From positions 2,676,037 through 2,740,036 of the forward strand of contig NC_068996.1 in the NCBI RefSeq assembly GCF_001194135.2: a stretch of 64,000 bases of DNA. Reading direction: 5' to 3'. Below are positions 52,201-64,000 of the stretch, piece after piece. Made by a program: the position numbers and the translations under genes. Origin of the DNA: Octopus bimaculoides. Lineage: Eukaryota. Within the stretch, counting starts at the first letter, position 1, and each line of letters opens with the position of its first letter. The notes under the pieces were generated by a model. That model saw only the letters and a program-made list of their open reading frames with translations. It made no database searches and was not told where the DNA came from.

Positions 52201-54643
52201 GGTTAGCAACAGAAGGGCATCTAGCTAGTAATTCTCATTTAACTCATGCCAGCCTGGATTTAAAGATGATAATGTATCATATCAGATTACTGCCTTTGCC
52301 CTAACATTTAACTCATTTGTAGCAACCAATATTTTCTCTTTTTCATGATGTGATTGACCTTCTTTTCGTTCAGCTTATTTGCTGTAACATCAGCTAGAGA
52401 TATCCTGAGATGGTATCAAGGTCTCTTTTGTAACAGATACACAATATGATGGAGCTTAAGTAAATCAGTTGGTGACAGAACATAGAAATAATGACATTGT
52501 GAATAAACTCCTTTCCTAATTCCACATTACAGAGTGTACTGGGTGGTTTTTTTCATGGCACCAGCACTAGTGATGTCACCATGTAACTCAGAAAACTACC
52601 ATATAATCCCACTCGACTGAGTGGGAGTATATAGTTAGGCAGAGTATGGCCTTATGCTAAAATAGAAGTAACAGGAACACGTTTATTGTTTTAGATGAGA
52701 TGCATGACAACTCTACATTATATAAGGATGAGTTGCAGCTGCAAAGAGATAAAGGTACAGGACAAGGTAAATAGAAGAATATCAGAAAGAGTAGGTAGGT
52801 GATGGGAGGGAGTAAGAGTGGAAGATGGTTAGGAATAGGGTCTAAGGACGGTTAGTGATATTAGTGCTATGGAGAAAAATGGGGAAGAGATATCAGTAGA
52901 AGTGATTCCGAGCAGAGGAAGTAATGGCTGGTAAAACAGAAAGGGTGAAAGGCAGTGGAATAATGGATTAGTTAGGAATAATGCATCAGTGACATGGTGG
53001 AAGACACAAGTGGATCTGGAAGCAGACTTGTCTTCCCAATGGACAACCAGACATATTCCTGCTCTCCAACAATCACCATGGTCAAATTCACTCAAACACC
53101 CTAGATGAACACCTGATATTTCACACTAGGTAAAGGAAAGCAAATATCAGGACTTGGTCAATAAGACCCTTGTCAAGGAACGGCATGCAGCCTCGTTCCC
53201 CATTGATCTCAGCTGTGCAGCTTTCCAATGAGATCAGTGCACTATTTCCTACAGAAGATATATCTAGAACCCATACAACTGAAGTAAGCTCCCAAGGAAA
53301 CAGGCATGGTATCTGAAACAAACTCAAGGTGGCTGTGGTTGAGAAGAGGCTGCAAGTGGAACCCTTTTGTAGCAAAGATTAGTTCAGTCCTCACTGCCTT
53401 ACTCAGGTGAAGCATACAGGCTAAGGAGCAACATGTCCATGAACCTGAGATACCCACTGATGATATGGCATTGCAGTCAATTTAGTGGAACTTAGAGAAC
53501 CTCTGTGGTGCAGAGCATTTCCAATGTTTATTTTACCTAACATATATATAATAAACAGGATGGGCCAAGTCATACACCAAGACACTTGACATTTTATTTA
53601 TGTTATTATTTTGCTCATTATGTACATGTGCATTCATCATTATTTTAGTTATTTTATTCAACTTTAGAAAAGTTGAAGGTGTCTTTGACAATTCTGGAGT
53701 GTATGGAACTTATTGGTGTGTGAGTTTCGGCTCACTCCTTATATGTATACACGTCATGCTTTTCATCATTTTATATCTGCCTTCCCTGTTGGCTTGAGTT
53801 GATTAGTTCAACAAGATCTAACATTGTATAGTTTTATGACATAAACCCAATGACTCAGTTTTCACATGGTTCCCATAACTCGATGCCCTTTCTAATGCCA
53901 ACCATTATATTCAAGTTTAATCATTCTCGTTAAGGATTTTTCATATTCATTTTTGAATTCTTTACATTTAGTTTGTTGCAAAACATTATTGGATTTATTA
54001 GTCGATTAACATTTCAAACCCCTTTTACAGTCCTATTTTCAAGATATTATGCTATCAATAATGGCTTGTTGTTTGTATGCTTTGTGGTAAGTCACAAAAT
54101 ATCTTGGGAATAATTTTACAACCGATAGTAGCATCAATGCTGCATTTAAAGTTATACAACGGTAAGTCCTGAGAATAATTTAAGGTAAGTTCTGGTAAAT
54201 TTCATGATTAATTTTGCTTATATCCATGTGCTTAATTTTGGTTTGTATTTTGCTTTTAGTTAAGTCTCCATAGTTATTCACACTTATTAAGTCTGCATAA
54301 AACTGTAGTGCTGTCAATGAGTGTTTTCCTGTATAATGTTATTTTGTTTACTGCCTCATATAGTTTTGATAACATTTTGTTGTAAATGCATGTTGAGCAA
54401 AGAAGGTGTTGCGTTTGAGTGTATCCAATGTAACAGTTTGAGTCATGAAGTTTACAATCCCCTTGTTTACATTGAAATGTATATATTTAATGCGTTGTTT
54501 GGACCTTGTGTTGATGCAGACGTTTTTTTGTTACGGTGTTATCACAATATGTTCTAATTATGTTTATGGTTAAGTATGATACATAATGTGTTCTGTTGTG
54601 TTAGTTCTTTAGACATATGTGTATGAATGTATGAATTTATGTG

Positions 54644-54924
54644 AAGGCATGTGGCCCAGGGATTACGGTGTTGCACTCATGGTCACTAGACCAAGGGTCC
54701 AATTTCCAGACCAGGTTGCACATTGTATTCTTAAGCAAAACTCTTCATTTTTCAAAATTCCACTCTCCTCAACTGTAAAAGGGTCACCCTGTGATGACTT
54801 AGCCTTCTGATCAGTGAGGAATGTTGGCCTGCTCACCTTAGTGGCATCATGGTGACATCATTCAACAGGTAAAACAGTGCAAAGTGCATTGTGACCAGTG
54901 ATATATAGCAACATCTGATGGCCA

Positions 54925-54925
<1 letters not shown>
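54644..54925 (+). mobile_element. tRNA-type SINE with CORE-like segment (family E)
   Basis: ggcatgtggcccaggg...ggtccaatttccagacc head, ttcttaagcaaaactcttcattt, tail gcattgtgaccagtgatatatagcaacatctgatgg (reverse match at about 37195-37235). Confidence 0.65.
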
Positions 54926-54959
<34 letters not shown>

Positions 54960-55787
54960 NNNNNNNNNNNNNNNNNNNNNNNNNNNNNNNNNNNNNNNNN
55001 NNNNNNNNNNNNNNNNNNNNTATATACAGACATGCATATATCTATACACATATATATACATATATGGATTATGTATGCGTTTAAGTAGTTGTACTATACC
55101 TGTGTGTGTATGTGTATGCGTGTCTACGTTCATGCATTCTGTGTAACAAAGTTTAACAAAATTTTAGCATGAAACAAAGAGAAAGATAGCACAGAGCTGG
55201 AAGGTTAAGGACTTCTGTTCTGCTGAAGTACTGATATATGTATTTCTGCTCATTAAATAAATTTGTATGTTCGTTATGTACATGTGCGCATACGCACTTA
55301 TTTAATGAACATTTGAGCAGCAGTTATAACATTTTTTTTTTCTTTTAGTCAGTTTTCTCTGTGTTTCCTTCACATACTAAAATATTGTTCTTTCACAAAA
55401 TGCTGTATAAGTGAGTTTGATATGTATGTGTGTCTTTGTATGTGAATGTGTAACTGAGAACATGCACTATTCTATAATGTTTCTGTTCAATAGTAGGGAG
55501 AGAAAGAGGGAGGGAGGAGTGTTGCCCATCGATTTCTTATGCATGCATATTATTGTTTTATTCCTTCTATCTTCTATGAATAGAGAAAAGTTGCTTTTCT
55601 GTGTAAGGAATAAAAGTGTTTTGAAGTTTTTAGGACCCAAAAATATGTTTGAAATTTGTTTTTCAGACAAAAGAGTGCATTAGTCAAAGCATTTCATTGG
55701 CATAGTATTCTGATTTTGCTAAAATAGTGGAACACACAGGCAGACATTGAATTTTAGTTCCATATGAGTGTGTGTGTGTGTCTATGC

Positions 55788-55857
<70 letters not shown>

Positions 55858-56286
55858 ACGCACACACGTGTGACTATATATATATGTGTGTCAGTGTGCA
55901 CATATATTTGTGTGTGAATTTCTCTCTTTGAATACATACATGTACACACACAGAAACACACACATGTATGGAGAGAGGGGGAAAGAGAGGCTTCTTTTTT
56001 TTTTATTTCCTCTTAATTGTTGAGTTGTGTTGGACTAAATAGGTAGATATTTGTCTGTCCAAACTCCTCTCTATTCCCTTAACTACTTATGTATCTGTCT
56101 GGAATGTGTGTATATTTATGTTATTTTATACAATGTTGTAATGAGAAGCATTCTTATTTTTAACCCTTATAAAATGGGTCTGATATAAAATAAAATTAAT
56201 AGAAGATAAAAACAAATGAATGTACAAAAAATAAGCAAACAAAAGCATGAGAGGATTTTTTTCTTTTTACATGTACTTTGAAACTA

Positions 56287-56340
<54 letters not shown>

Positions 56341-57321
56341 GCGCACACACTAAATAAATAAATAACTAATTGTATATATATAAATATCAACACACACCAA
56401 CTATTTACCTGTAGGGATGGTGGATGGTGGATGGAGAGGGTGTGCAAGATTGGCAGGTGGATGTGTGTAAGTCAATGTTGAACAAACAGGAAAGTTTTTC
56501 AGCGGAACAATAATTTGATTGTCTCAATGTATTATATCATCTCAGTTGTCGTAGTTGGGAAGCAGGTCTCCTGTTTCAAATCTACCCACTGTGCTAGCTA
56601 CCTCCCAAATCAAATGAATAAAGTGTTTGTTATTCATACATTAAACACGCATGTATTCCGTTTCGTTTTGTATGCGCTCTGTCTTAGAAACTCCTATACA
56701 TCTTTTCTTTTGTTCTTTCACATTTCTGCTGGTTTCTGCCAATTGACTGGCCATACTGGGGCCCCATCTTAAATGAATTTTAATCAATTATACTCAGCTT
56801 CAGTACCTTGGTCCTTATTTTGTCAAGGAACTCTACTAATATAAAACAGAATAATTGGCCCTTTTCGTAACTCATATTGGGACAATGTATCAAACCTGAC
56901 TTAATACCCCAACACACACACACACACACACACACACACCCATGTGTGTATTAGATTGTGTTACTAGTAACATGGGCAAGTTCGATTGCACTGACTTTGT
57001 GTTTTAGTTTTTATACTTTCTGAACTGGCAGAAAGTTGGAGAATCCATGACCTTTTTAGGCTCTCTGAGTTTGAAATTGATGCTATTTATGTTCCTCTGG
57101 AGCCAATACAAGTCAGCACCTGCAGAAAATACTTGAGAAAGGGAAGGAGCATCAGAGGGTGGTGAACATTCTAAAAAAAGAAATGATGTAGTTTGTGAGT
57201 GTTGGATCTGGAGAACTGGGTTCAAGGATGATGAGAGTAGGAGAGAAACCAGCAGGTCGACATTTCCTAAATAGAGGTGACATAAACTTAATAGTTTAGA
57301 GAAGCAGAAGATATTATAATT

Positions 57322-57392
57322 TTGGGGGAGGCGGGGCAGTCAACTAGATCAACCCCAGTATGCAACTGGTACTTAATTTAGACCCCGGAAGG
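57322..57392 (-). mobile_element. Truncated SINE family A 3' fragment
   Basis: gatcaaccccagtatgcaactggtacttaatttagaccccggaagg. Confidence 0.75.
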
Positions 57393-58145
57393 TGATTCTT
57401 TTCTAGGTACAATCTTGGAGACTTGCATGTATGCATTAGTGCTGTCTAAAGTGTGGAAGCACAATATTCCGTTGTGAGTCTCATCTGCATTTTGTAGAAT
57501 ATCATTAATTGTTGGGAGATGTGATTACAATTATAAATCATGACATGAATTTTATGTCACTTCTACACTGCACTGTAAACCTAATATATGTGTATGATTA
57601 ATACACAAGTATTGTTGAATGGTTAAGCTGTTTGCTTTTTTGGTCATATGATTTCACATTTGGCGTTACTGGGTGATACTTTGAGTAAGCATCTGCTACT
57701 ATTGCCTCAGATTGTTCAATGCTTTGTAAGTGAAATTTGATAGCCAGAATCTCTATGGAAGCATATATATGTATGAATGTATGTATGTACATATATGTAT
57801 ATATATTATATATGATTTGTGTGCAAATATCTGTATTTACAACATTTAGAACTATGTCTTGTAAGTTAGCTCTTGAACAAATAGTGATTGATAAAATAAG
57901 CAGTCTGAAATTAGTTTGGTGGAAGATCTGATTAATTAATTCCTTTTAAAGAAGTGCCCTAGCTTACTGTGTTAAATGAGTAATGCCAGAAAAATAATAA
58001 TACACACACATACACGCACACACACACACACACACATTATTACACATCTGCCCAATCAGTGCTAACCAGGAACTAAACAACAAAATAATAAAAAAAAACA
58101 AGTGTCTATGCAGTCATTTGATCTGCAAGCAGTAGCATCCCAAGC

Positions 58146-58329
58146 TTAATCCTTCAGCATCCAAACCGACCAGATCCAGCCTATCACACATACCCTCCAA
58201 TGGCTTTCTAAAAATGTGCAATCCCATCATTAAAATTTCAAGGCTATGAGATAATGGATGATTAATTTAAAACAAGGTAAATGAAAAAACATTACATTTG
58301 ACAGAACAATCTGAACGCTAAAGGGTTAA
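58146..58329 (-). mobile_element. piggyBac-type MITE flanked by TTAA
   Basis: TTAA|tccttcagcatcc ... ctgaacgctaaaggg|TTAA, with imperfect TIRs. Confidence 0.65.
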
Positions 58330-58549
58330 ATCACACCTTACTGTCTTCAAGAAGGAAAAGACCCATAGAGAAAGTAATAGCTGATTTCCTGATAGATGGT
58401 CATGGTTGGATGGCTTTCATCATAAGTTAGATCTATTCAATCACAACAGTAGGAGAGCTAAACAATTACTAAATATTTCCAACCAACTAAGAAAGAATCA
58501 TCTATGTCACTGATTCTCGAGAACTTGTGTCTATCATTCATCCTCTTGT

Positions 58550-58925
58550 CTCAGTGCCCCTGGACTGGTTCTTGTGCGGGTGGCACATGAGATGCACCAT
58601 TTTGAGCGTGGCCGTTGCCAGTACCGCCTGACTGGCTCCTGTAGGATTTTCGAGCGAGATCGTTGCCAGTGCCCCTGGACTGGCTTGTGCGGGTGGCACA
58701 TAAAAGACACCATTTCGAGCGTGGCCGTTTTCGTGCGGGTGACACGTAAAAGCACCCACTACACTCTCTGAGTGGTTGGCGTTAGGAAGGGCATCCAGCT
58801 GTAGAAACTCTGCCAAATCAGACTGGAGCCTGGTGTTGCCATCCGGTTTCACCAGTCCTCAGTCAAATCGTCCAACCCATGCTAGCATGGAAAGCGGACG
58901 TTAAACGATGATGATGATGATGATG
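58550..58925 (+). mobile_element. Young RTE 3'-UTR insertion
   Basis: CpG-rich, little decayed, ends ggaaagcggacgttaaacgatgatgatgatg. Near-identical to 61661-62063. Confidence 0.9.
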
Positions 58926-59110
58926 ATTACCCCTTTATTCCCATTCAAAAATATATTCAAGATAATCTGAAAATGTAAAAGCTTTTCTCAGTACCAAAAC
59001 ACTATTTTTGAGGGAGTATATTAATGGTTGTTATTGCTCCTAAATTAATTAGTATGACATGTGTATAAATTGTTTTGATCCCTAGCTCTGTCTTCCTATT
59101 TTATTATTTT

Positions 59111-59150
<40 letters not shown>

Positions 59151-59338
59151 CATGTGCACAAATTCACTCTTCCTTTCACTCAAACACACCCCTAACACTC
59201 CTCTTTCCCTTTGACTATATTATGTTTGTATGGGTGGTATTTTATAATAGTGTGTTTCTTTGTAGCTAAATGCTCACCTGTTTTGTCTGCCATTTCTTCT
59301 TAATGTTCAACTTTTAATTCTTGCAATTTACTTTTCAG

Positions 59339-59433
59339 GAAATAGCATGTAAACATGTTACTGATACCACTTTGTTAGTGCACTTCTTTGGAGCGAATGG
59401 CACTGATGTACTCACTTATGATGATTTCCACAG
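59339..59433 (+). CDS. MICU3: Internal coding exon of a MICU2/3-family (MICU3-like) mitochondrial calcium uptake protein; 95 nt, phase 0 to 2
   Basis: Acceptor ttgcaatttacttttcag|GAA, donor CACAG|gtaaca. Translates EIACKHVTDTTLLVHFFGANGTDVLTYDDFH(R), matching the recalled human MICU3 segment VTDTTLLVHFFGKKGKAELNFEDFYR. Confidence 0.93.
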
Positions 59434-61660
59434 GTAACAACTTATAGTGTCATTATAAATTAATTTATTAATATTATTTTTTTAATCAATTGCAAATGAC
59501 ATTCTACTGCCTTAGACAATGCACCTCTGTTCCTGTGGTGTACGCAACATTTTTTTTTTGAGACTGTAAACTTGTGTTAGTGTGTTAGACCATTTTCTGC
59601 TTTGTTGTGTGGTTTTGGTGCAATTCTGGTGTTTCATGAGTTGTGTTAATTTGTTGTGTAAAGATTGTTTTGTATGTAAATGTGTTGTTGGTGTAATATG
59701 TTTTAGTATTAAGCTGCAATTTTCTAGTGTATTTGAGTTAAGTTTTATGAATGAAAAGCATTTGTGTTGATAGTGAGTTTTTTAGGTTGTCAGTATTGTA
59801 GTGTCAGGAATCAGTTATGTAAGAGTATGTGTAGTGTTACTATATTGTGTTGTGAAGTGTGTACTAACATGAAATTTGCTTGGTGCTGATTTCATATGTT
59901 GTAATACTGTGTTAATTATCTAGAAGATGATTATATGAGGGGCTATACAATATAAATTGTTTTATTTTAATGAGCGGTGTACAATTGAGTTTCACTACCA
60001 AGTGGTGTTGTATGAAATATGGTTTGTATGGGTTGCATTATACAAAATACAGTTGGATCACTTGCATAAAATATGAGTTTTGTGAGAGCCTGGAATGTTA
60101 TTTGCTGAAAAATAAGTTACAAATGTGCATTGTTCAATAGAATTGTGATAGTTGCTTGTTGGCAATGCTTGCGGAAGGCATTTATTATTATTTTTTCTGT
60201 AAATCTGCTGTCTATTATAGCAAAAACTAATGGTAAGATTCACTGGTCAATTAATTCTTCAGGTCCCTATTGGTCAATGCTTTCATTTTCAAATTTAAAA
60301 AATACTCTTTTAAAATTAATTTGTATTTTATTACACTGGCTCTTGTGTTTAACAAATGAGAAAGAATAAAAGTGACCGAGTACAATGAACAGTAAGTTGC
60401 AGCAGCTTCCCTTCAGTAAATGACAATGGTAAGAGCAAAAAAAAAACTCTTGTTTGCTATGGTCTTCAAGACAATGTGAGTGACTTTGTGCAAGGAATTG
60501 TGGTCTTGATTATGACCTTTATTTCCGCCTCCAGTAACCTCAAGTTATTGATTAAGTAGTCTTATTTAGTGATCAATTACAAACCAACGGTCATTTATCT
60601 GATGGTGATTTTAAAGTAAGCTGCTCAAAATACTTTACGTTTTCTTTGCTTCTGTTTAGAAAAGGTGGGGACTGTTGTGAAAAAACTACTAACAGCACCA
60701 GAGATACTGTTGACAGTTGGTGAGCTATATTATATTCTCCTTCTTTTGTTTTCATGTTTTCACAGTCAACCTAAGTTCAGACCAATAGGCAAACTTTACT
60801 GTTGTTGTTGAACAGACCACAATGTCAGCTTAGTTAATACAACACCCAGGAGTAATACATAGGTTCAACATCCTAGATATGCAGTTATGCATGTACAGAT
60901 AATGATGTTTGGCATTCACACAGTGGACTTTGCCATTATTGTGAGGCTTATCATCATAAAATATATGTTACTCATTTTGTAAGATGTAAAGATGCTTGTT
61001 TTAGGAGTTGCTTAGATTGTGTCATTGTTGCTCATTGTCACAAAATTTTGGTGCATTATATTTAATTTTGAAATATGGAAATTCTTTTGTATGTTTGTTT
61101 TTAGTTTGTATTTTTATCCCTTCAGTTTAAGTTTTAGGGACTGGACCTAAAGTCCTTGCTGGCTCTCCTTTATATGTGAGGTTCATTCATGTGACAGTCA
61201 TCTGGAACATGGGCAGGCAGAGTTTGAACACACTGTATTTAGTACTAAGAATACTGGATTGGGTTTCATATTGTAAGAAGGCAATGTGCCTCAAAGTAGA
61301 AGAGCTTGGGATACAATTTATTTGGTCAAAAGAACAGAAGCTATTGTAATTAGAAGAGATAAAGCGAGAATAACTACCACAATCATTTAGCTGTTGTGTG
61401 TGTATTTTTGATGTTGTCTAGAATGTGTGACAGTTTTCATTCTTTTTTAACCAAGGAGACGGAACAGCCCAGTTTCATGAGGTGTACCACCAACAAAAAT
61501 AATTGTCTGGCAACCCTACTAGTGTTGTCAGCTGATAAGCTAGCACAGGTTTCTTAAAACAAGTTTCTCAATGTTCTAGAAATAGTGTTCAAATTTTGCC
61601 TTAAAGTGTACTATGTTGCTTCAAAGAAAAAGTACACAAATAAATTATAATGCCGTATAT

Positions 61661-62063
61661 CGTTGCCAGTGCCCCTGGACTGGCTCTTGGGCGGGTGGCA
61701 CATAAAATACACCATTTTGAGCGTGGCCATTGCCAGTACCGCCTGACTGGCCTTTGTAGGATTTTCGAGCGAGATCGTTGTCAGTGCCCCTGGACTGGCT
61801 CTTGTGCGGGTGGCACATAAAATACACCATTTTGAGCGTGGCCGTTGCCAGTACCGCCTGACTGGCCTTCGTGCGGGTGACACGTAAAAGCACCCAATAC
61901 ACTCTCGGAGTGGTTGGCATTAGGAAGGGCATCCAGCTGTAGAAACTCTGCCAAATCAGATTGGAGGCTGGTGTTGCCATCCGGTTTCACCAGTCCTCAG
62001 TCAAATTGTCCAACCCATGCTAGCATGGAAAGCGGACATTAAACGATGATGTTGATGATGATG
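61661..62063 (+). mobile_element. Young RTE 3'-UTR insertion with probable 9-bp TSD
   Basis: Same family as 58550. ATGCCGTAT (61650-61658) and ATACCGTAT (62064-62072) flank it. Confidence 0.9.
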
Positions 62064-63558
62064 ATACCGTATGAAAATAAGATGGGACATCACATCCATT
62101 AGGAATAGTTTGATTGTAGGTGTGCATGATTAGGACTGATATGGTGTAAGCAACAACAACAACTACTTCAGTACTGTAGTTTTTATCGCTACTATAATGA
62201 AACATAGTTACTTTGCTAACTTAATAAATAACTAATAAATAATAGAATGCTGAAATGCCCATCATCATAAACCCAGTTGAATAAGCAATTTTGCAAAAAC
62301 AATTTATCATTTATTGTTAAGAGGATTATATGTAAAGAAAAAAATTATAAAAAGCAAAATAGTCTGACAGAAATAAAACCTACAGACAAATTGAGACTGA
62401 AATGAAATCCAAAATCAAAATCTAAATTATATTGCTAGAAATGTTCTTGATGAGTATTTAATAAAATATGTATTATTGATTTGGTGATTAATTTGGTAAA
62501 TGTTGCTGGTTGTGTGTAGATCTATATAGAAAGGGAGAGAGCATATGTGTCCTATATATTTTTCTGTCTACTATCATCGCTCACCATATCACTTACCCTC
62601 ACCATACCATTTTCTCTTTTGTAGAAAAGAGAGAAAAAAAAAGCACAAAAATGCAACAAATGTGTAATTACAGTAGTAGAGTGGAATATTTCCTTCAAAT
62701 TAACCCTATTTCAGACAATCTCTCTCTCCTCTCTCTCTTTCTCTCCTCCCTCTGGAGTAGATGATTACATTAGATTTATCACACTGAAATATTGTGTATT
62801 TGTGATTATTTTTATTTCCCAGTATATAATATATTTATGTTAAATAACATACATTATACAGACACAAGGAATTTAAGATGCAAAGGTAATCCTTACTCAT
62901 GTGTGCTTTTGATAGACATAATTTAGTTAGATTTTTGAAAAGTAAAATAAGTGGTTACAGCACAGGCTTATCTTCCCATGGATTGAGAAAAATGGAACCC
63001 ATTGCTCGTTTTCTGCCACTGCACAAATAAATCTGTCATGCAATTATTTTGTTTACTTTAACACTCGGGCTAAATTGTGTAAGAATATTGATATGGTTCC
63101 ATTTCATGTGTAACAGTTTTTATGGATTCTCTGCAGTGGTTACTGATAATTCGTCAGGAAAATGCCATATTCATAGCAGAAAATAAAACAAACAATAATA
63201 AATGTAATCAATGGTATAGTATCATTCAAATGTAATCTGTTCATATTTTTCCCATGGTATCAAAAAAAAAAAAAGATCTTGCCAAAACCCTTAGGCAGAA
63301 TAATATCTTCAAATTTAGAAACTAGAGATAAGAAAAAATAAGAAATTATTTGACATAAGCATTTATCACTGGGACATATATATGTATATATTGTGCAATT
63401 GTATATGTGTGTGTGTACATATATATATAGGAGTGAAGAGAAGTAGGAGTCAGAACAAGAGAGGAAGTAGGTTTGAGAGGAGGAATAGATAAAGAGATGA
63501 GAGTTGAGCCCCTGTGGTGCAAAGGAGCGTAAAGAGAAGATTAATCCATGTTCACGGC

Positions 63559-63592
<34 letters not shown>

Positions 63593-64000
63593 TATATACA
63601 TAAAAAGCGCAGCCACGGAGCTGAACTACTAAGTTGATGTCTGGTGTGGGATAAATTTACTTCATGGCTAGGAAAAAGTCTTAATCATTGGACGGCAATC
63701 TCCCTTGAGATGGTCTCTCGTATGTAAAAATACCCGGATGTAGGACTGTCGATCCACTTCTGTATCAACTACTGAAAGAATTACCATGACGTCCACTTGC
63801 AGCACAAGCAGGGTTCAAGCTCCTGCTTGTTTAGTTCCAAATTCTTACTTCTAAACTCTTTAGAGCGGGTTAGCTGCGAAGAGGTAGATGTAGATGCAAG
63901 AACAACAAATTTATGAAGTACAAAAGTCCTGTTGTCTACAGCACTTTTAACTCACGAACTTTATCAAAGACAGGCAGAAAACAAGAACTTCTGCATTGTG

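Noticed and set aside
56415-56466. ctgtag|GGATGGTGG...|gtaagt candidate exon
   Set aside because: Low-complexity GGAT repeat content, weak acceptor, implausible peptide.
58550-58770. Regularly repeated units superficially like a CRISPR array (also 61661-61890)
   Set aside because: No unique spacers, eukaryotic context, and the units are part of the RTE 3' UTR.
63117-63170. taacag|TTTTTATGGATTCTCTGCAG translating FMDSLQ, resembling the expected next MICU3 exon (FMDNLQTEVLEIEF)
   Set aside because: Wrong phase for the preceding phase-2 donor, and the sequence diverges completely after LQ (WLLIIRQ). The true exon is probably beyond the window.

Overview
AT-rich eukaryotic genomic DNA rich in microsatellites and transposon relics, with about 12 N-gaps. 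The SINE and RTE repeat content points to an octopus short-read assembly (inference). The window is the interior of one large + strand gene of the mitochondrial calcium-uptake regulator family (MICU2/3, closest to MICU3). The best exon is 59339-59433 (EIACKHVTDTTLLVHFFGANGTDVLTYDDFH-R), which matches human MICU3 VTDTTLLVHFFG...EDFYR as I recall that sequence. The most interesting signal is in the region following EF-hand 1. Two phase-0/0 exons 32 kb apart (437-517 LESFF..., 32465-32590 LERIF...) share the acceptor context TTTCAG|TTGGAA and the donor GTATGT, suggesting duplicated or alternative exons. There is also a 39-nt in-frame cassette candidate (42216-42254) and several weaker splice-site pairs. 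None of these exons appears in the ORF track. The introns hold decayed RTE-type LINEs, two R4/Dong-like RLE LINE fragments next to (TAA)n, several tRNA-type SINE families, a DD37D (maT) Tc1/mariner deletion derivative, MITEs and a degenerate hammerhead-like motif. I see no intact transposon, rRNA, tRNA or CRISPR array. All homology calls are from memory and manual translation, not database searches.
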